A stretch of 64,000 nucleotides of DNA. Origin: Malacoraja senta (taxonomy: Eukaryota). The position numbers were made by a program, and so were the translations under genes. Positions 49,590-62,684 of this stretch are shown piece after piece. The notes below the pieces were generated by a model. That model was not told the origin of the DNA. It worked only from the letters and a program-made list of their open reading frames with translations, and made no database searches. The first letter of the stretch is position 1. Each line of letters begins with the position of its first letter. The stretch spans positions 1,116,001 to 1,180,000 of the forward strand of contig CM075989.1 of assembly GCA_038087875.1 (NCBI GenBank), read 5' to 3'.

Positions 49590-50130
49590 GCACACCAATG
49601 CCTCTATGTCCTTAGAAGGCTTAGGAAGTTGGGCATGTCCCCTACAACCCTCACCAATTACACCATAGAAAGCATTTGTTCAGATGTTTGGGAGATCGCA
49701 ACAAACTGCAGAGAATTGTGGACATAGCCCAGACCATCACACAAACCAACCTCACTTCCATTGACTCCATTCCACTTCACGCTACCTCAGCAAGGCCACC
49801 AGCATAATCATGGACTAGCCTCAACCGGACAATCTCGTTACTCCCCTCTCTCATCAGGCTAGAGGTACAGAAGTGTGAAAATGCATTCCTCCAGATTTAG
49901 GGACAGTTTCTTCCTAGCTGTTATCAGGCAACTGAACCATCCAATCTCCAAATAGAGATCAATCCTGAGCTACCATCTACCTCATTTGAGACCCTCGGAC
50001 TATCTATAATTGGACTTTACTGGACTTTATCTTACTCTTCCCTTTATCATGTATCCATACATTGTGGACGGCCTGATTGTAATCACATATAATCTTTCCG
50101 CTGACTGAATAGCGTGCAACAAAAAAGCTC
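49590..50130 (+). mobile_element. Rex1/Babar-type LINE 3' fragment; related minus-strand tails at ~100-320 and ~21965-22490
   Basis: LRRLRKLGMSPTTLT, KLQRIVDIAQTITQTNL, RFRDSFFLAVIRQLN. Confidence 0.7.
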
Positions 50131-50669
50131 TTCCCCAGCCAACAATGGACCATTATGGGCTCCACACTTTCTTGTTCATCTGTTGCTGGTTTTGATTTGT
50201 CCTGGCCTTTTCCTACCTCCAGCCTCTGATTGTCTATCCCCCCCCCCTCTACTTTCAGTCTGAAGAAGGGGTTCTGACCCAAATTGTCACCCATCCTTTA
50301 TCTCCAGAGATACTGCCTGACCAGTTAAGTTACTCCAGCACTTTGTGTCTATCTTCGGTATGAATCAGCACCTGCAGTTCCTTCCTACTTTCAGTCTGAA
50401 CAAATTCACAAGCATGGCCCTTACTCCCTGATACATAATCACCATTAAACTCTCTGTTCTTTTCTGTTCCATTCTGTGTTTTATCTCGAGTACATCACTA
50501 ATCTGTTACATGTCTTGCCTGTTTGATAAATTCCCCTCACCTGAATTCTCCCCATGTTATCCCAGCCCTGGTTAACTTGTTTAAATAGAAGTAAACCAAG
50601 CAAACTGCTCTCCCTTTCAGCAGCATCTAATTAACTGAAGCCCTTAACTGAAGCTCATTCCACCTGGAT

Positions 50670-51312
50670 GTACCTGATCTCTCGGTTGCCAAATATTTTA
50701 CCTCCCCTTCCCATTCCCACACTGACCTTTCTGTCCTGGGCCTCCTCCACTGTCAGAGTGAGGCCAAACACAAATTGAAGGAACAGCACCTCATATTTCA
50801 CTTGGGCAGCTTACAACCCAGCGGTATGAACATTGATTTATCTAACCAAGTAATCCTAGCATCACCTCTCTCTCTGTTCCTCCCCCACCCAAGTTGTTGA
50901 CTAACTTCTAATTCATCTTGTGTAGGAAGGAAATGCAGATGCTGGTTTAAACCAAAGCTAGATGCAAAATGCTGGAGTAATTCAGCGTGACAGGCAGCAT
51001 CTCTGAAGAGAAGGAATGGGTGACGTTTCGGGTCGAGACCCTTCCTCAGACGATCTTGTTGAGTCTTATTGTCTGTAACTCGTTTTCACGTAGCCCTCGG
51101 CTAACAATGGCCTGTTTCCTTTATCATCTTTACTTCTTTGCATTCCTTTCAGTAATTGGTTTTATATCTCTCTATATCACCATCTGTAGCTCTTGTTTCC
51201 CTTTCCCCTGACTCTCTGTCTGAAGAAGGGTTATGACACGAAACGTCACCTATTCCTTTTCTCCAGAGATGCTGCCTGATCCGCTGAGTTACTCCAGCGT
51301 TTTGTGTCTATT
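50670..51312 (+). mobile_element. Penelope-like element 3' end (GIY-YIG C-terminus + pLTR) with an antisense pLTR piece nested at ~50920-51051
   Basis: SHSHTDLSVLGLLHCQSEAKHKLKEQHLIFHLGSLQPSGMNID, followed by a UTR ending ctgaagaaggg..cgaaacgtcacc..ctgagttactccagc. Confidence 0.85.
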
Positions 51313-52031
51313 TTCCCTTATCTTTCAATATCTCAAGGAAGAATTTTGGGAAACAATTGACCCCCTAAATTGTGCTTCTCTGGGTAACAATTCACTAAAA
51401 CTTTGCGCTTTCTCCTGATCTGAGTGGAGATCCTCAACAGGGGTAATCACCGCTAAACATACCTCCAGGTGACACAGTGACACAGCTGGTGGAGCTGCTG
51501 TCTGACAATGCCAGAGACCCGGGTTTGATCCTGATCTCAGATGCTATTTAGTTTAGTTTAGTTTAGAGATACAGCGCGGAAAAAGGATCTTTGGTCCACC
51601 GAGTCCGCACCGATTAGCGATTCCCGCACACTAACACTATCCTGAGCTGGTGTTCCAGCTTGAAGAATGTTTGTCAGAACTTTAAGAGAGAAGCAAAATG
51701 AGTTTTAAATTGCAGAGTATGATGGAGGCAAGCACAGCATACAAGGAGTATCTCAATAGGGGAGGCATGAAGCATTTGGTTGATGGGTTCTTGAGGATGG
51801 TTAGAAATAGTAACAATGAAGGAACTGTCCCCTCCCCAATCCCTGCCTCCCTCCCATTCTCTGCAATTTAAAACAAGTTTGTTTTCTCTGTGTCTCAGCT
51901 CCACTTAAAACATTAATTCTTTCCACAGATGTTGTCTGACCTGTCGAATGTTTACAGCATTTTCTGTTCATTCCACGGTGACGTTTTCAGATTCTGTTTA
52001 CATGGCTGATTTATGTCCCTTATCCTTTCAG

Positions 52032-52125
52032 TCACAGCAGGTGCTGCAATGGGGAAGAGTGGGATCACCAGATTTGTGCTAAACCTGCTCTCCCCCTACA
52101 CAACTAGGAACACAAAGGCTATAAG
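52032..52125 (+). CDS. AGBL1: AGBL1 coding exon 5 (VTAGAAMGKSGITRFVLNLLSPYTTRNTKAIR)
   Basis: ctttcag acceptor, 94 nt, AG|gtaaga donor; PYT...T.AIR motif. Confidence 0.9.
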
Positions 52126-53094
52126 GTAAGAAGTGGGAACAGCTGCAAGGTGATTGTGCATTGCAGCTTTCTGGAGAACAAGCAGACTCAGGGCAATCTC
52201 TGTGCTCCGTGGAATGGTGTTCTTTTCAGATGATATATTGTGTCGATCGAAGAGATGTTATTTTGCATTAATGCCTTTTTGTGCTCAAGGCTGAATCTAA
52301 CTCATGTCAGCACCATATCAGTGAGTTGCTTACTGTGGAAGCCAGTTTTTCTCTTGCTTATCCTTAGTTTAAATTATCTTGCAAAGTCCACTAGATAATC
52401 CTGATGCTAACTGATATATATTAGATTCTATTATTTACTGGTCTATATGGCACGCAAGCAGCACAACAGTGAGTACTGCTGTTCACAGCTCTCAGGACCT
52501 CGTTCAATCCTAACTGCTAGTGTTTACATGCTCTCAGTGTTACCGTGTGGGGATCCTATGCATACTCCGGTTCTCTCCCACATTGCAAATAAGTAGGTTC
52601 ATTATCAACTTTAGGTTAAGTTGGGAACAAGTGGGCATCTTGCACAGATTACGTTACAGGGTAGATAGAGGGTAATAGTTTAGATCCCTTTATGATTGTC
52701 ACCTGTACCAAGGTACAGGGAAAACGTTTTGTTTGCGTGCTATTCAGTCAAAGGGAGAATCAGACTGAATGCATTGTTCTGCTGAGAACTGCCAGAGACT
52801 CTGTGGGCCGAATGGCCTACTGTGTTGTAATCATGGAGTGAATTCTTATGCTGATTGCTTGTTAATACTTACCAGCATGCTGTATACTTACCAATTTACT
52901 TATATTAGTAAAGAAAGGCCACAAAGTGCTGGGGTAACTCAGTGGGCCAGGCAGCTTATATGGAAGAGCTGGCATTTCAGGTCAGACTGAGCTAGTTACA
53001 GCTGCAGGATCTGGCTGCTTTCGTTAATCAAGTACTCACTACTATAATTGGTCATAAAGTCCTAGAGACATACAGTCCTGGCGTCATAGTCCAA

Positions 53095-53640
53095 TAGAAA
53101 CATAGAAACATAGAAACATAGAAAATAGATGCAGGAGGAGGCCATTCGGCCCTTCGAGCCAGCACCGCCATTCATTGTGATTATGACTGATCGTCCCCAA
53201 TCAATAACCCGTGCCTGCCTTCTCCCCATATCCCTTGATTCCACCAGCCCCTAGAGCTCTATCTAACTCTCTCTTAAATCCATCCAGTGACTTGGCCTCC
53301 ACTGCCCTCTGTGGCAGGGAATTCCACAAATTCACAACTCTCTGGGTGAAATTTTTTTTTCTCACCTCAGTCTTAAATGGCCTCCCCTTTATTCTAAGAC
53401 TGTGGCCCCTGGTTCTGGACTCGCCCAACATTGGGAACATTTTCCTGTATCTAGCTTGTCCAGTCCTTTTATAATTGTATATTTATCTATAAGATCCCCC
53501 CTCATCCTTCTAAACTCCAGTGAATACAAGCCTAGCCTTTTCAATCTTTCCTCATATGACAGTCCCGCCATCCCAGGGATCAATCTCGTGAACCTACGCT
53601 GCACTGCCTCAATCACAAGGATGTCCTTCCTCAAATTAGG
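53095..53640 (-). mobile_element. Young CR1 3' fragment
   Basis: Nearly the same sequence as 14086-14630 and the reverse complement of 57428-57940; (TTCTATGT)n tail. Confidence 0.92.
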
Positions 53641-56380
53641 TCAATAGCACTGAAACAGGCCCAACTCATCCAGGCTGACCAAAATGCCTTATCTAAGCTA
53701 GTCCCATTTACCAACATTTGGCCCATATCACTCTAAATGTTTCCTAACCATGTACCTGACCAATTGTCTTTTAAATGTTGTTATTGCACCTGCCTCAACT
53801 ACCTCCTCTGACTTCTCATCCGATATACCCACAACAGTGTGAAAACATTGCCCCCTGGGTTCTTATTAAATCTTTCCCTTATTAACTTAAACCAATGCCC
53901 TTTAGTTCTTATTTACCCGACATCGAGTAAAAGTTTCTGTGTATTCACCCTATCAATTCTCCATATTATTTTACACACCTCTATAAGGTCACCCTTCAGC
54001 CGCCTACATTTCAAGCCTGGTCTGAGCCTGCCTAATCTCTCCCCATAGCTTAGGCCAGAGTCCTGGCAACATCTCAGCACTCTTTTCAGCTTAATGGGAT
54101 TTCTCAGCAGGGTGACCAAAACTGAACACAATATTCCAAGTGGAGCCTCAGCAACATCTTGTATAAGTAGAACATAACGTCCCAACTTGGCTACTCAAAA
54201 CCCTGACTGATGAATGCCAATGTGCCAAAAACAGTCTTCACCACCCTAGCTAACTGCAGCATCACTTTCAGAGAATCATGTACTTGGACTCCTAGATCAC
54301 CCTGCTCTACAACACTCCAAATAGTTCACTGTGAAGTTCCTGCCCTGTTTCGACTTCCCAAAATGTAATACCTCACACTTATCTGAATTAAGGTCTTAGA
54401 GTCCTAGAGTCATACAACATGGAAACAGGGCCATCAGCCCAACCTGCCCAACTAACCAATATGTCCCATCTACACCAGTCCTACCTGTTTGCATTTGGCC
54501 CATATTCCTCTAAACCTGTCCTATCCATGTACCTGTCCAAATGTTTCTTTAACATTGCCATAGTACCTGGCTCAACTACCTCCTCCGGCAGCTCGTTCCA
54601 TACACCCACCACTGTGTAAAAAAGTTACTTCTCAGGTTATAGACAATAGACAATAGGTGCAGGAGTAGGCCATTCAGCCCTTCGAGCCAGCACCGCCATT
54701 CAATGTGATCATGGCTGATCATCCCCAATCAGTACCCCTTCCTGCCTTCTCCCCATATCCCCTGCGCTATTTTTAAGAGCCCTATCTATCTCTCTCTTGA
54801 TCCCTATTAAATCTTTCCCTCCTTACCTAAAACCTATGTCCTCTGGTTCTTGATACATCTACTTTGGGGAAGAGACTGGATTTACACGATCCTCTCAAGA
54901 TTTTTGTACTCTTCCATAAGATCATCCCTCATCTTCCTGTGCTCCAAGGAATAGAGTCCCAGCATACTCAACCTCTCCCTATAGCTCAGACCCCTCAGTC
55001 CTGGTGACCTCCTCATAAATCTTCTCTACACCCTTTCCCGCTTGACAATATCTTTCCTAACATGGTGCCCAAAACTTTCCTATAACATGGTGCGGCCTCA
55101 CCAACATTGTATCCAACTGCAACGTGATACCCCAACTTCTATACTCAATACTCTGATGAAAGCCAATGTGCCTGAAGCCTATTTTGACCACCCTATCTAT
55201 GTGTGGTGCCATTTTCAAGGAACCATGCACCTGCACTCCTAGATCCCTCTGCACTACAACACTCCCCAGAGAACCTGCCATTCATAATGTAGGTCCTGCC
55301 CATGTTAGACTTCCCAAAATGTAACACTTTATCTTTCTTTGTATTAAACTCCATCAACCATTTTTCAGCCCACCTGCCTAGCTGATGGATCCTGCTGTAT
55401 TTCTTCACTGATAACCATCTTCACGGTCTACTATACCACCTACGGCTGTGTGAGATGCAAATGTAGAACATATAAACTGTCTCTTTAAAAAGAACATTGA
55501 ACTGTACAGCACGGAACAAACCCTTCAGCCCACAAAGGTCTGTGCCGAACATGATGCCAAGATCAAACGTATCTGTCTGCACATAATCCATATCTCTCCA
55601 TTCCCTGCATATTCATGTGCCTACACAAAAGTCTCTTAAATGCCACTCTTGTATCTGCCTCAACCACTACATCGACAGTGTGTTCTAGGCACTCTGTGCA
55701 AAAAGGCTAGCCCCGCACATCTCCTTTAATCTTTACCCCTCATACATTAAAGCTATGCCCTCATGTATTGGATTTTGGAAGAATTCTGGGACTCTATCTA
55801 TGGGCAGCACAGTTGCTCAGGGTTAGAGTTGCTGCTTTACGGAGCCAGAGACCCGAGTTCGATCCTGACTAGGGTGCCATCTATACAGAGTTTGTATGTT
55901 CTCCCTGTGACCGCATGGGTTTTCTCCAGGTGCTCCAGTTTCCTCCCACACTGCAAAGACATACAGGTTTGTAGGTTAATTGACTTCTGTAAATTGGCCC
56001 TGGTGTGTAGGATAGTGCTAGTGTACGGGGTGATTGCTGGATGGCCTAGTCTCAGTGGGCCGAAGGGCCTGTTTCCATGCTGTATCTCTTAAGTCTAAAG
56101 TCTAAAGTCTAAAATTTAAAGTGAAGTAAAGTAAGGTCTTAAGCATTTGCTTCCCTTAATTTCATAAACTTCTATCAGGTCTCTCTGCAACCACTGGTGT
56201 TTCATAGAATACCATCCAAGTCTGTCCAACCTCTCCCTTTAGTTAATGCCCTCTAATCCAGGCATTGTTCTGGTAAACCTCCACAAAACCCTTTCCAAAG
56301 CCTCCACACCCTTCATGTAAAAAGGCGAATGGAACTACACACAATACTCCAACTGCGGCCTAACCAAAGTCCATTCAAGC
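53641..56380 (-). mobile_element. Cluster of HER1/CR1-type 3' fragments with a nested CR1 tail (54640-54800) and SINE (55802-56110)
   Basis: Repeated KVLHFGKSN, DLGVQVHGSLK and HER1 3' UTR sequence. Confidence 0.8.
55802..56112 (+). mobile_element. HE1-type V-SINE with (TCTAAAG)n tail
   Basis: Full head, V-domain and tail. Confidence 0.87.
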
Positions 56381-56784
56381 TGAATCATTACATATTGAGC
56401 AGTGACCCAGGAATTGTAAATCCTTTTTGCCTCTGGGTACGTCTCTTGACTGACTCCATTGACTTTATGCTATTACCTTAAGGTTAAAATTAATGGACTA
56501 AAATTCATGAGGTGGTTGTATATTTTCAAATATACGAGGCGTAACATTGATTTCTGAATGCTATGTTAGTGATTTTCTCCATTAAAGCAGTATTTAATAA
56601 AAACAAATCGACAAAAATAATAAAAAAATCACTAACTAACTACTCAAAATTGAGTTTGCATTTTATTCAAAATCTTATAAAAATCCTTAAACATATAAAT
56701 ATGCAGTGGCATAAGTGAGTGACTAAAATGCATTTTCAGTTTGCAATTTATTTTTCTTTCATTATATCATGTAATAAAGTACAA

Positions 56785-57172
56785 TTCCAAAGACGTACAG
56801 GTTTATAGGTTAATTGTCTTTGGAAAGAATTGTAGTTTGCAATATGCTACTAGTGTGCGGGTGATCACTGCTCAGTGTGGACTTTGTGGGCCGAAGGGCC
56901 TGTTCCTATGCTGCATTTCTAAACTAAACTAAACTAAACACTAAGTCTGTGGTGACCAGCAATCCCCACACAGTAACACTATCCTACACACACTAGGAAC
57001 AATTTACAATTTTTCCAAAGCCAATTAGCCTACAAACCTGTACATCTTTGGAGTGTGCGGGTCTTGGGGAGAACGTACAAACTCCGTACAGACAGCATCT
57101 GCAGTCAGGATTGAACCCGGGTCCCTGGAGCTGTAAGGCAGTAACTCTACCGCTGCGACACAGTGCTGCCCC
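56785..57172. mobile_element. Tail-to-tail HE1-type SINE pair (+ 56785-56940, - 56945-57172)
   Basis: 3' half on + directly followed by a reverse-complement copy. Confidence 0.8.
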
Positions 57173-57427
57173 TGCCAGGCCTTGTCCTCCTGCCACCCCC
57201 CGCACTACAATCAGTCTGAAGTGAGCCCACACTGTCTGCAAGTACCTCTCCAGTGGCCAGCATGAAACTAGCCGTGTTACAGTCTCAGTGAGTCCCCCTC
57301 ACACGCATTCCACCAGCTTCATTGAGCTGACACTGGCCGCACTACTGTCTGGGAATGTCATTCCAGACAAGAATTTAATTTGTAATTTCCTGCCAATTTC
57401 CAATCCTTAGACGAATTGAAGCAGCTG

Positions 57428-57940
57428 TGATTGAGGCAGTGCAGCGTAGGTTCATGAGATTGATCCCTGGGATGGTGGGACTGTCATATGAGGAAAGATT
57501 GAAAAGACTAGGCTTGTATTCACTGGAGTTTAGAAGGATGAGGGGGCATCTTATAGAAACATATAAAATTATAAAAGGACTGGACAAGCTAGATGCAGGA
57601 AAAATGTTCCCAATGTTGGGCGAGTCCAGAACCAGGGGCCACAGTCTTAGAATAAAGGGGAGGCCATTTAAGACTGAGGTGAGAAAAAACGTTTTCACCC
57701 AGAGAGTTGTGAATTTATGGAATTCCATGCCACAGAGGGCAGTGGAGGCCAAATCACTGGATGGATTTACGAGAGAGTTAGATAGAGCTCTAGGGGCTAG
57801 TGGAATCAAGGGATATAGGGAGAAGGCAGGCACGGGTTATTGATTGGAGACGATCAGCCATGATCATAATGAATGGCGGTGCTGGCTCGAAGGGCCGAAT
57901 GGCCTCCTCCTGCACCTATTTTCTAGGTTTCTATGTTTTT
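57428..57940 (+). mobile_element. Young CR1 3' fragment
   Basis: Open 138-aa ORF2 C-terminus ..GLSYEERLKRLGLYSLEFRR..KAGTGY and tail. Confidence 0.92.
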
Positions 57941-58024
57941 ATGGATGCTGTTCTACTGATGCACTTGTTAGAAGCTGAAAGAGTCTGCAACTTGTATTTG
58001 CTTGTAACAATATCTCTCTTACCT

Positions 58025-58312
58025 TTAGTTTAGTTTAGAAATACAGTGCAGAAACATCGTGCTGACCAGCAATCCCTGCACACTGACACTATCCTACACA
58101 CACTAGGGACAATTTACAATTATACCAATCCAATTAACCTACAAACCTGCACATCTTTGGAGTGTGGGTGGAAACTGAAGTGTCCCGGAGTAAACCCACA
58201 CATGTCATGTCATGGGGAGAACGTACAAACTCCGCACAGACAGCTCCCATGGTCAGAATTAAACCCGGGTCTCTGGTGCTGTGAGGCAGCAACTCTACTG
58301 CTGTGCCGCTTT
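58025..58312 (-). mobile_element. HE1-type V-SINE
   Basis: Reverse complement of the family. Confidence 0.83.
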
Positions 58313-59434
58313 GCTGCCATATTGAGGTAAAAACTATCACAAAGCCCTGACTTTATGAGAAAGACCAATTTCCCGAAGTATAATAAAAGGCACAGTTAAT
58401 ATGTGAATATGTTTGCTATTTGTCTTCAATTGTGTTATTTTCACAAGGCACAAGATACAAGTGTCATGTGTACAAGCAACAGAACAAACAAACTCTTACT
58501 TGCTGCAGTTTTACAGCCCTTTATATTTCCTTTAGTTTATTTTGTTCACATCTGGGTGTTTGAAATTTCAAATGCAAAGACACAAGTTGCAGCTAGAAGT
58601 CTTTTCAGAAAGTATTTTTCTAACTCAATAACTGTTGGTCGATGCCAGATTATTGCATTGTAAACCACGATATGATTTTTCTGAGTCTCTCTGTTGTAAG
58701 TATTTATGTAGGCAGTTTTTATTTAACGATTATCATGAAAACGCCATGATGCAGAAAGGCAGATTTGTAGACAGAATATGTTCCGTGTTGTCTGAATTTT
58801 TAAATAATGCTTGTAATTCACATGCAGAAACAGGTGCGTTCCACACCAGTCGGTGCCAGCTTTGCCAGGCTGAGTTCAGAGACAGCGTGGGGACATTCGC
58901 CTTTCCGTGCTCACGAGCTGCCCTCTGACCATTTCTTACCAAGATACTCTTGGGCCAACGATAAATACAATTGAGCTAACAACTTGTCTGTTAGTCTGGA
59001 GGAATTGTGTAGGAAGGAACTGCAGATGCTGTTTAAACCAAAGATAGACACACAAACCTGGAGTAACTCAGCGGGTCAGGCAGCATCTCTGTAGAAATGG
59101 AATGGGTGATTTTTTGGGTCGATACCCTTCTTCAGAGATGCTGCCTGACTTGCTGAGTTACTCCAGTTTTTTGTGTTAGTCCTGAGGAGATGAAGCTGAC
59201 CCCTGCTAGTTTCATGAAGGCCTGTTACACCAACGCAATATTCCAAAATATAGCCCAGTGAGAGACAAAAGGAATTGCAGCTACTGGAACCTTGATTCAA
59301 AATACAAAGTGCTGGAGGAACTTAATTGGCCAGGCAGTTTCTGAAGAGGGGATGGATAGGTGATATTTTGGGTTGGCATTGTTCTTCAGACTGATTGTAG
59401 TGTGGTAGGAGTGGGGAGGACAAATCCTGGTCTG

Positions 59435-59746
59435 TGGTAGAGTGGTAGAGTTGCTGCCTTACAGCGCCAGAGAGCTGGGTTTGATCCTGACTACGGGTGC
59501 TGTCGGTATGGAGTTTGTACGTTCTCTCCGTGACCACGTGGATTTTCTCCAGGAGCTCCGGTTTTCTCCCACACTCCAAAGACGTACATGTCTGTAAGCT
59601 AATTGGCCTGATATAATTATAAATTGTCCCTAGTGCGAGTAGGATAGCGATAGTGTGCTGGGATCTCTGGTCGTTATGGACTCGGTGGGCCGAAGGGCCT
59701 GTTTCCACACTGTATCTCTACATTGAACTAAACTAAACTAAACTAA
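59435..59746 (+). mobile_element. HE1-type V-SINE
   Basis: V-domain and (TAAAC)n tail. Confidence 0.87.
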
Positions 59747-61346
59747 GTGATAGGTGGATACATGGGAGGGGGTGGGGATGATTGGCAGATGCGTGGAGAA
59801 AGTGACAAAAGCTTGAGGTTGAAAGTAGACAAAAGGGTGTCGGAGAAAAAGAGGAGTGAAATGTAAAGACGGAGGGAGTAATATAGATGGAAGGGACAGG
59901 GAGAGGGGAAGTAGGGGGATAAAGGGGAAAGAGGGACTGGGGGATGGGAGATGAATGTATGCAGGAGTGGAAGGGAGAAGGGTGACTGCAGGGGTGGGAG
60001 AAATGGGTACACACCAAGGTGGGCGGGGGGGGGGGGCAGGGAACGGAGGGGTGGAGAGTCTTGACACAGAATGTCTGCCGTCTGAGTGAAGCAGTTGGGC
60101 TCAGTTGGCAACAGCACTAATGACTGGTATTTGACCCAATGCTGTAACAGGACCCCTCTCAACATGCAGAGGATCAAACTTCAGCTGGCCCCACGGTTTG
60201 CTGAGAGGAATGGTCCAAAGATAAGGAAATAAATGATTAGGAGGCTATAGGATTCTACGAGGCAAAGCGAGTCAGCAGTAGGAGTCTCTCACCTCCCGCT
60301 TTGGAGTGCTACAATTTTAATAATCAGGATTGAGTAACATAGTGTAAAAATAGACTCATTCAGGCAGAAGGCACACTACTCTGTGCTGTGGAAATAGAGC
60401 TGGGGGCTGACCTATCAGTAAACTATTGGGCACTTTAGGTCCCAACCTCTTGCATGAAGAGGCTGCTAGAAAACTGAAATGCCAAGGAATTTGATCCTGG
60501 AAGCTGATGTTGGTGTTTGCTGATATAACTGAAACCCAAGCTGTGTTAGAGATGTTTCCTGCTGCCTGCCTCTGAGATATTACTGAGCCCATGTCCGAGG
60601 CAGTACCAATATGTCTGTTACTTGGCATTTTGTTACAATACATACACTGTTGTCCCATTGTCCTCCTGCAACTACGGGCCTGGATATGGGCAGTGAGGAA
60701 ATCTGTGTAGAGTTGCCTTGATGAGTAGCGTTTGGCCATTGACATAGTATAGAGATAGCTGCAGCACAGGAAACATGGCTAGCTAATTTCCTATCCACCT
60801 CTACAAACAACAATGTGTAATAAGGAGATCATAGTGAACATTGGCCAGGGGATTACAGGTAAAACCTCTGCTCTGCTGCCATTAGTGCTGAGACTAAAAA
60901 TGCCCCCATTTATTCAGTGGCCAGTGTTTGTGGGTTTTGTCAATAAACCATGTACACAGAAGTAACTTTCAGATCACAAGAATATTCCTCAATCGTAAAG
61001 CTTTTAGTTCAGCACTTCAGCAGGTCTAACACCTGTTTTTTATAAGGGGTGCATTTTTTAAGACAAGAACACATTGTGTAATGGTAACATCCTTCAAGCA
61101 TTTGACAATATGGTAAACAATATTTAATACCAAGGAGACATTAGCAAAAGTGACTAAAGGCTGAATGATTGAGAAACAAACAAGTCTACAGGTGTAGTCG
61201 ATCTGAAACAAACACAAGTTGCTGGAACCATTCAGCAGATGAGGTAGCATCTGTGGAAAGAGAAACAGAGTTAATATTTCACGCTGAATGACTTAAGGCC
61301 GAAAGAGAGTTCATGGGAGGGACGTTTGGAACAAGAGGGCTGGATA

Positions 61347-61546
61347 NNNNNNNNNNNNNNNNNNNNNNNNNNNNNNNNNNNNNNNNNNNNNNNNNNNNNN
61401 NNNNNNNNNNNNNNNNNNNNNNNNNNNNNNNNNNNNNNNNNNNNNNNNNNNNNNNNNNNNNNNNNNNNNNNNNNNNNNNNNNNNNNNNNNNNNNNNNNNN
61501 NNNNNNNNNNNNNNNNNNNNNNNNNNNNNNNNNNNNNNNNNNNNNN
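61347..61546. other. Assembly gap (200 N) in AGBL1 intron 5
   Basis: Run of N. Confidence 1.
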
Positions 61547-61574
61547 TGAATAAAAATATAAATTCTAATTTCAG

Positions 61575-61614
61575 AGCTGCCAACAGAAGCTCTTTCAATC
61601 CTTACTGAAGTCGA
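61575..61614 (+). CDS. AGBL1: AGBL1 coding exon 6, two apparent 1-nt insertions (corrected reading RAATEALSILLKS)
   Basis: tttcag acceptor and gtaagt donor; 40 nt observed versus 38 nt needed; as written it has an in-frame TGA at 61606-61608; begins 28 nt after the N gap. Confidence 0.8.
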
Positions 61615-62684
61615 GTAAGTTTCTATTCATTTCACGTTTGATTATACTTTTATAAAACCTAAGATTTAAATCTGCAACATCTGTCTTATGCTGTAAATCT
61701 GCACATGTATCTGAAATAACATTGGTTCTTTCTACTAGCCTGCTTAGGTAGAAAACCAAATTAATTAAAAATGAAAGCAAAAGTTATTCATATGTTGGTT
61801 GGTTTTAGTCTAGAGTTCATTTGATGTAAATGTTTACAACAGGCTTTTTGAATCTCAGGCCCCGTTTACAACTGTAACCTCACCATCTCCCCTCGCAATC
61901 TGACCGCGAATCCCCATGTTTCCATACATAACTTTGCTATTAACAGTCCTGCTCTAAGGCTGCACCTTTTCATGGACTGTTCCTTTATCCATGTGCTCTG
62001 TGCACAGTTCAGTCTCCCAGAGAACAATACCCTTCAGAGATAAATAATTGGTTGTAAAGTATCTGGGGACAAGCTGAAATCTAGCAAAATTTCTTTTTAA
62101 TCTCTTCACCTTGATCCATACCTTTCCTTTGAATCTTCTGCACTGTGACTGCACTACTAATATCACCGGCTAGTGTCCCTGCTTTGAATTTTCCTCACAC
62201 CATTCACCTGATTGCTATTCCAGTTTCCGTTCAATCATTCCTACTCCTTTTCTTTGTATTTTCCTTTGCATTTGCATCGCTAGTTGCACATACAATTTAC
62301 AACCGTACATTTTGATTGTCGGGATACTATTGGTAAATATATTTATTTTGATTGATCGCAAACCAGTTCACCTGCTGAGTTTGTGGTCAAGTGGGATGCA
62401 GAAATATAAAGATCATTGGTATTTCAGCTCTGTTATCAGTTGCCCGAGAGTTCCTTTGCCAAGAAACTCTTGAGATTGTTGTGCAGTTGCACTGTGGTGT
62501 TGTGGGAGATGTTAGTGCTCAGATTATAATGGCATGAATTGTATTATAATCTGTAGCAGGTTGTGTTACGAGGTTCAAGGCGCAGCTATAGAAACGTCCA
62601 CAGGGGGCCACTGTTGTCCATTAATTGGGTGAAAGGGAAGGTTCAGGGTAAATCTGATGGCCTGTTGTTGACCATATATTTCAG

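Noticed and set aside
58820..58940. GC-richer patch as an extra AGBL1 exon
   Set aside because: No plus-strand donor, no similarity to AGBL1, and exon 5 joins corrected exon 6 without it
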